Below, one piece after another: positions 58,188 through 64,000 of a DNA stretch of 64,000 bases; position 1 is the first letter of the stretch; every line of letters starts with the position of its first letter. The position numbers and the translations under genes were made by a program. Below the pieces are notes generated by a model. The model worked only from the letters and a program-made list of their open reading frames with translations, did no database searches and was not told the origin of the DNA. The stretch is from Planctomycetota bacterium (GTDB lineage: Bacteria > Planctomycetota > UBA11346), in the NCBI GenBank assembly GCA_038231435.1, contig JBBRLJ010000011.1:55721-119720 (forward strand), written 5' to 3'.

Positions 58188-59384
58188 TCACTCCGGATAT
58201 CTCGCCAACAACTGCTTGGCCTCGTCCACATACGCGGCGATGCCATAGTTGTCGATCACCGCGTGGAGGCGCGCGCGCGCCTTGTCGATGGCTTCCTTGC
58301 GCGTCGCGGCGGAGCTGCCGATGGCTTCGTAATCCTTGTACAGGTTCTCGACCACCGACTTCTCGGTTTCCCACATCTTCTTCGCCTCGCCATCGACCCA
58401 TTCACGGATCGCGGTGAAATTCGCGTTGGGATATTTACGCGCCGCTTCGTCGATGGCCGACAGCGCGTCCTGGTACTTCTGCTGCTGCATCAGTACCTTG
58501 GCCTGGCCACGCGCCTGCTCGACCGGGGTGGTCGTCTCGGCGATCTTGCGCTGCGAGCGCACGGTTTGGATTTGCGCCATCTGCACGTGGATGGCGTTGA
58601 CCTTGTCGGAGTAGGTCTTGACGTAGTCCTCGTTGTGCCCGCCTTTCGGATCGACGGGATTGTCCATGAAGGCGTTCGCGTCGGCTTCCAGCGTCTCGAG
58701 ATTGGTCTCGGGCTCGCCGACATGCGCGAACTGCGCCTGCAGGTTCGCGTAGTTGCCGCTCGCGCGCACGTCGCGCTTCACGCGCGCGATACGGTTGTCG
58801 CGATCCGACAGCATGGTCTTGACGTCCTCGGCCAGCGGCGCGAGGTCAGGACGGCCGAGATCGGGGTTGTCCTCGAGCTTCTTCTTCGCCTCCGCCATCG
58901 CCTTCTCGGCGTCCTCGGGTTTCTGGTTGTCCAGGCTGCTGTCGATGGTGCGGATGTTCTGGGTCTTGATGTCCGAGATCAGCGCCTTGGCCTTGGATGC
59001 CCTGGGGTCGTCACGGATCAGGAACCAGTAGATCGCGAACGCGCCGCCGACCAGGATGATCAGGCCGAGCGCGAGCTTGATGGCCGAGAACAGGGCGCGG
59101 CGGCGCGCGGCGGATTCCTCGGGCGACAGGCGGGAGGAACGACGCGCCGACTTCTTGTCGGAGGTCGCGGACATCCGCCGCGACGAGCGCTGGGCTCCGC
59201 GCCGGCTGCTGCTCGGCGATCTCTCGGCCGCGTCCTCGTCAGAGGCGAAGGCCTCTTCCTCGGCGAAGGTCGCGTTGCCCTCGGGCAGATCGACCGACAG
59301 GTCGTCCTCGTCGACCGGGGGGGCAGGTTTCTGCGCCGCGCCGCGGCGTGAGGAAGAAGAGCGCGAATGCCTGCTGGATGCCAT
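58188..59384 (-). CDS. Hypothetical bitopic membrane protein with disordered Ser/Arg-rich N-terminus and helical C-terminal domain
   Basis: SSRR repeats, a single TM (LALGLIILVGGAFAIYWFLI), helical/TPR-like remainder; GC3 bias. Confidence 0.8.
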   Translation of the reverse strand: MASSRHSRSSSSRRGAAQKPAPPVDEDDLSVDLPEGNATFAEEEAFASDEDAAERSPSSSRRGAQRSSRRMSATSDKKSARRSSRLSPEESAARRRALFSAIKLALGLIILVGGAFAIYWFLIRDDPRASKAKALISDIKTQNIRTIDSSLDNQKPEDAEKAMAEAKKKLEDNPDLGRPDLAPLAEDVKTMLSDRDNRIARVKRDVRASGNYANLQAQFAHVGEPETNLETLEADANAFMDNPVDPKGGHNEDYVKTYSDKVNAIHVQMAQIQTVRSQRKIAETTTPVEQARGQAKVLMQQQKYQDALSAIDEAARKYPNANFTAIREWVDGEAKKMWETEKSVVENLYKDYEAIGSSAATRKEAIDKARARLHAVIDNYGIAAYVDEAKQLLARYPE

Positions 59385-59594
59385 GAGCCTCTCCTGAACG
59401 GGGCAGTGTGCGGCGGGCGGGGGTGGGGGCAACCCGACACGGACCATTCCGCGGGTGTGGTGTCACCGTCACTGTTTCAACCCGTGCGAGGCTCCGCATG
59501 GCCCACCACCCCCCCGCATCCACGGGGACCGGCGGCGCGAGCCCCCTGCATGCCCGTGCTTGCGTGCTCGCGGCAGGGGTACAATGGCCCTCCC

Positions 59595-61706
<2,112 letters not shown>

Positions 61707-61709
61707 CTT

Positions 61710-61891
61710 TTTTTCGCAGGGGCGCTGCCCCTACGGCCCGATGGGCCTACCCCACGGACTTTGGCGGGGCTCGCTTCCGCCGTGACGGCGGAAGCGTCGG
61801 CGGATGGGCTGCGCCCATGCTATCCGCCGACCGCCCCTCGGCGTCCGGTCGCTCACGCTCCGGTTTTTCGCAGGGGCGCTGCCCCTACGGC
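61710..61891. repeat. Composite palindromic element: 28-bp direct repeats (61710-61737, 61864-61891) enclosing several hairpins
   Basis: tttttcgcaggggcgctgcccctacggc x2; internal gcttccgccg-tga-cggcggaagc and tcggcggat...atccgccga stems. Confidence 0.85.
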
Positions 61892-62004
61892 TCGACGGGT
61901 CTACTCTCGGCCTTCATCGGAATTGGATCGCTTGTCTTGGGAATGTAAGGCCAGGTGGCAGGGCATGGCGCTTGTGTGGCAGCGGTGTCGCGCAGCATCC
62001 GTTC

Positions 62005-62685
62005 ATGCTCGCGCTTCCTCTCGGATGCATCGCCGGACTGGTCCACGTCGTCACCGGCCCCGATCATCTGGCCGCGGTGTCGACGCTGGCGGCGGGATCC
62101 CCGGGAAAGGCTGGCGTCATCGGCTTCCGATGGGGACTCGGGCATTCGCTGGGTGTAGTAGTGCTCGGCGCGCTGGCGCTCGTGCTCCAGCGCGCGTGCG
62201 GCCTCGAGGCTGCTTCTGGTTGGTCCGATCGCGCGGTGGGGATCATGATGATCGGCCTGGGGTTGTGGGCGCTGCACCGCGCGTTGCGCGGCGGCTTGCA
62301 GGGTCGTGTCCACGACCATACGCACGAGCACGGCGGCGTCGCGCACTCGCACGAGCATGTGCATTTGGACCTGAACCTGCGAGCGAACGGGGTTCGCGCC
62401 GACATCCATCGCCACACCCACGCCCCCTACGCTTTCGGCATCCTGCATGGCTTCGGTGGCGGCTCGCATCTGTTCGGCGTGCTGCCGGCATTGGCGTTCG
62501 CGACCCTGGATTCGGCAGCGTGGTATCTCGCCGGGTTCGTGGTCGGTACACTGATCGCCATGACCGCATTCGCGGTGGCGATCGGCGCGGTGGCCGGTCG
62601 CGGTTCGCCGGGCATGCGTAGGATACTCGCGTCGTCATGCGCGCTCGCATCGTGCGGGGTCGGCGGCTGGTGGGCGATCGGCTGA
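62005..62685 (+). CDS. Nickel/cobalt transporter-like membrane protein (UreH/NicO type)
   Basis: GLVH...GPDHLAAV, WGLGHS, His-rich loop HDHTHEHGGVAHSHEHVH, GILHGFGG. Confidence 0.85.
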   Translation: MLALPLGCIAGLVHVVTGPDHLAAVSTLAAGSPGKAGVIGFRWGLGHSLGVVVLGALALVLQRACGLEAASGWSDRAVGIMMIGLGLWALHRALRGGLQGRVHDHTHEHGGVAHSHEHVHLDLNLRANGVRADIHRHTHAPYAFGILHGFGGGSHLFGVLPALAFATLDSAAWYLAGFVVGTLIAMTAFAVAIGAVAGRGSPGMRRILASSCALASCGVGGWWAIG

Positions 62686-62856
62686 GCCCGTCGCGGTGGC
62701 GCTCGTCGCCTCCGCCATCGATCACAAAGGATACGGAAATCCCTTCGCGATCGTTATGTACGATTGCGTGTGCTGGAAATTCTCGGTAAATCGATGTAGA
62801 ATCGACCAGATCATTGTTCTCTGCCACGGTCCTTCCGTCCGATCCAGGAGCCTCGC

Positions 62857-63672
62857 ATGCCCTTGTCTGATGAAGAGAAATTCTCGTTCGACCTGGCGGG
62901 ATACTTCGTCCGTCCAGCGATCATCACGCCCGAAGAGATCGCGGCGATCCGCGACCAGATCGTCCGGGCGATCGATGATCCCCAGTCGCTGCCCGAGCAT
63001 CATCGCGGCTCGCCGGGCGGAGCCTCGAGCGTGCTGCTCGATCACCCGCGCATCGTCGACGTGCTCCACGAGGTTCTGGGCGCCCAAGTGCGCTGCGACA
63101 CCACCTGGTTCATGGTGCGCAAACGCGGTGACAGCTTCGATAGCGCAAAGATCCACCGCGGAGCCGCCAGTCCCGCCGATCCGATCTTCGGCTACCGGGT
63201 CCACAACGGCCGCATCCATGCTGGCGAGGTGAACGTCATCATCGAACTCACCGACGTCGGCCCCGAAGATGGCGGCACGGGTTTCATCATCGGCAGCCAC
63301 AAGGCGAACTTCCCGCTCCCCAAGTCGTTCGAGTCATCTGATCCCGACAAGCGCTGCGAATTCTACCGCAGCTATGCGTGCCCCGCCGGCAGTGCGGTGT
63401 TCTTCAACGAGAACCTGCTGCACGTCGGCCCGGTCTGGCAGCGCGAGACGCCCCGGATCGCCGTGCTCTCGACCTACCTCCCGGTGGGCATCTGCTTCCA
63501 CCGGCCCGACGTCTCTCCCACCGTCGTGGCGGGCCTGCCGCGCGAGAAGCAGGCGTACTTTCGCGAACCGTGGACCATCGATTTCATGACCAAGGATCCC
63601 GCCAAGCGTGTGAACAGCGTCGCCAACTACGTGGCGTCGGTTGATCCCTATTTGGCTAGGCGCGACGTCTGA
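62857..63672 (+). CDS. Phytanoyl-CoA dioxygenase (PhyH)-like Fe(II)/2OG enzyme
   Basis: AGGAG RBS; F...GY, LTDV.PEDGG...I.GSHK, AGS.VFF.E.L.H, R. Confidence 0.88.
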   Translation: MPLSDEEKFSFDLAGYFVRPAIITPEEIAAIRDQIVRAIDDPQSLPEHHRGSPGGASSVLLDHPRIVDVLHEVLGAQVRCDTTWFMVRKRGDSFDSAKIHRGAASPADPIFGYRVHNGRIHAGEVNVIIELTDVGPEDGGTGFIIGSHKANFPLPKSFESSDPDKRCEFYRSYACPAGSAVFFNENLLHVGPVWQRETPRIAVLSTYLPVGICFHRPDVSPTVVAGLPREKQAYFREPWTIDFMTKDPAKRVNSVANYVASVDPYLARRDV

Positions 63673-63861
63673 TTCGCGGATCACCGCCGCGGACCCTCGG
63701 ACCTGAAATCTGAAAGGAGCACGAATCGGAGACAGGATTCGGGCAATCGGCTCGCACGGTTCGCCGTCCCGTGGCCCAGGCTCCTGATCGACCGCAGGGG
63801 ATATGCCCTTCCGGTCATTCCTTTTGAAATGAGCCGATGGCACGCGTGCGCATGCGCGAAC

Positions 63862-63895
63862 AAAAAGAACCACCCGCTGTTATTCACAGCGGGTG
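63862..63895 (-). terminator. Rho-independent terminator downstream of the 5S rRNA
   Basis: Minus strand cacccgctgt-gaata-acagcgggtg followed by gttcttttt. Confidence 0.8.
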
Positions 63896-63909
63896 TTTCA
63901 GAAAAAAAT

Positions 63910-64000
63910 CCAGGCAACGACCTACTTTCCCCTTACGAGTATCATCGGCGCAGACGGGCTTAACGGCCGTGTTCGGAATGGGAACGGGTGTGACCCCGTC
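63910..64000 (-). rRNA. rrf: 5S rRNA (5' end outside window)
   Basis: Reverse complement reads acacccgttcccattccgaacacggccgttaagcc...cgccgatgatac...gaaagtaggtcgttgcc. Confidence 0.96.

Overview
High-GC bacterial chromosomal window, probably from a diderm Planctomycetota/PVC-type organism. That assignment is an inference from a shortened 5S rRNA helix, a DWG-type Ser/Thr kinase and LptF/G genes. Housekeeping genes include a dinG/yoaA-like helicase, purC, glgP, ruvX, rnpB, uvrB, an iscS-like desulfurase, a Mur ligase and the 3' end of a 5S rRNA. Carbohydrate genes include a GH42, two tandem GH2s and an AraC regulator. Two accessory loci stand out. (1) An 8 kb co-directional seven-gene locus (32855-40814) combines a NitT/TauT-type ABC permease and ATPase, two uncharacterised coiled-coil proteins, a membrane-anchored substrate-binding protein fused to an OmpA-like peptidoglycan-binding domain, a PspA/IM30 (ESCRT-III superfamily) protein and a pore-loop-containing AAA+ ATPase. 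It is a candidate bacterial ESCRT-III/Vps4-like membrane-remodelling system and the best candidate for a new system here. (2) A flexirubin/aryl-polyene-like lipid biosynthetic cluster (7180-17816) is interrupted by a beta-galactosidase. Three families of REP-like palindromic elements sit directly behind stop codons. No CRISPR array, transposase, integrase or tRNA was recognised. All product calls come from motif recognition by eye; no database searches were run. Start codons were often moved downstream of the ORF-track starts.
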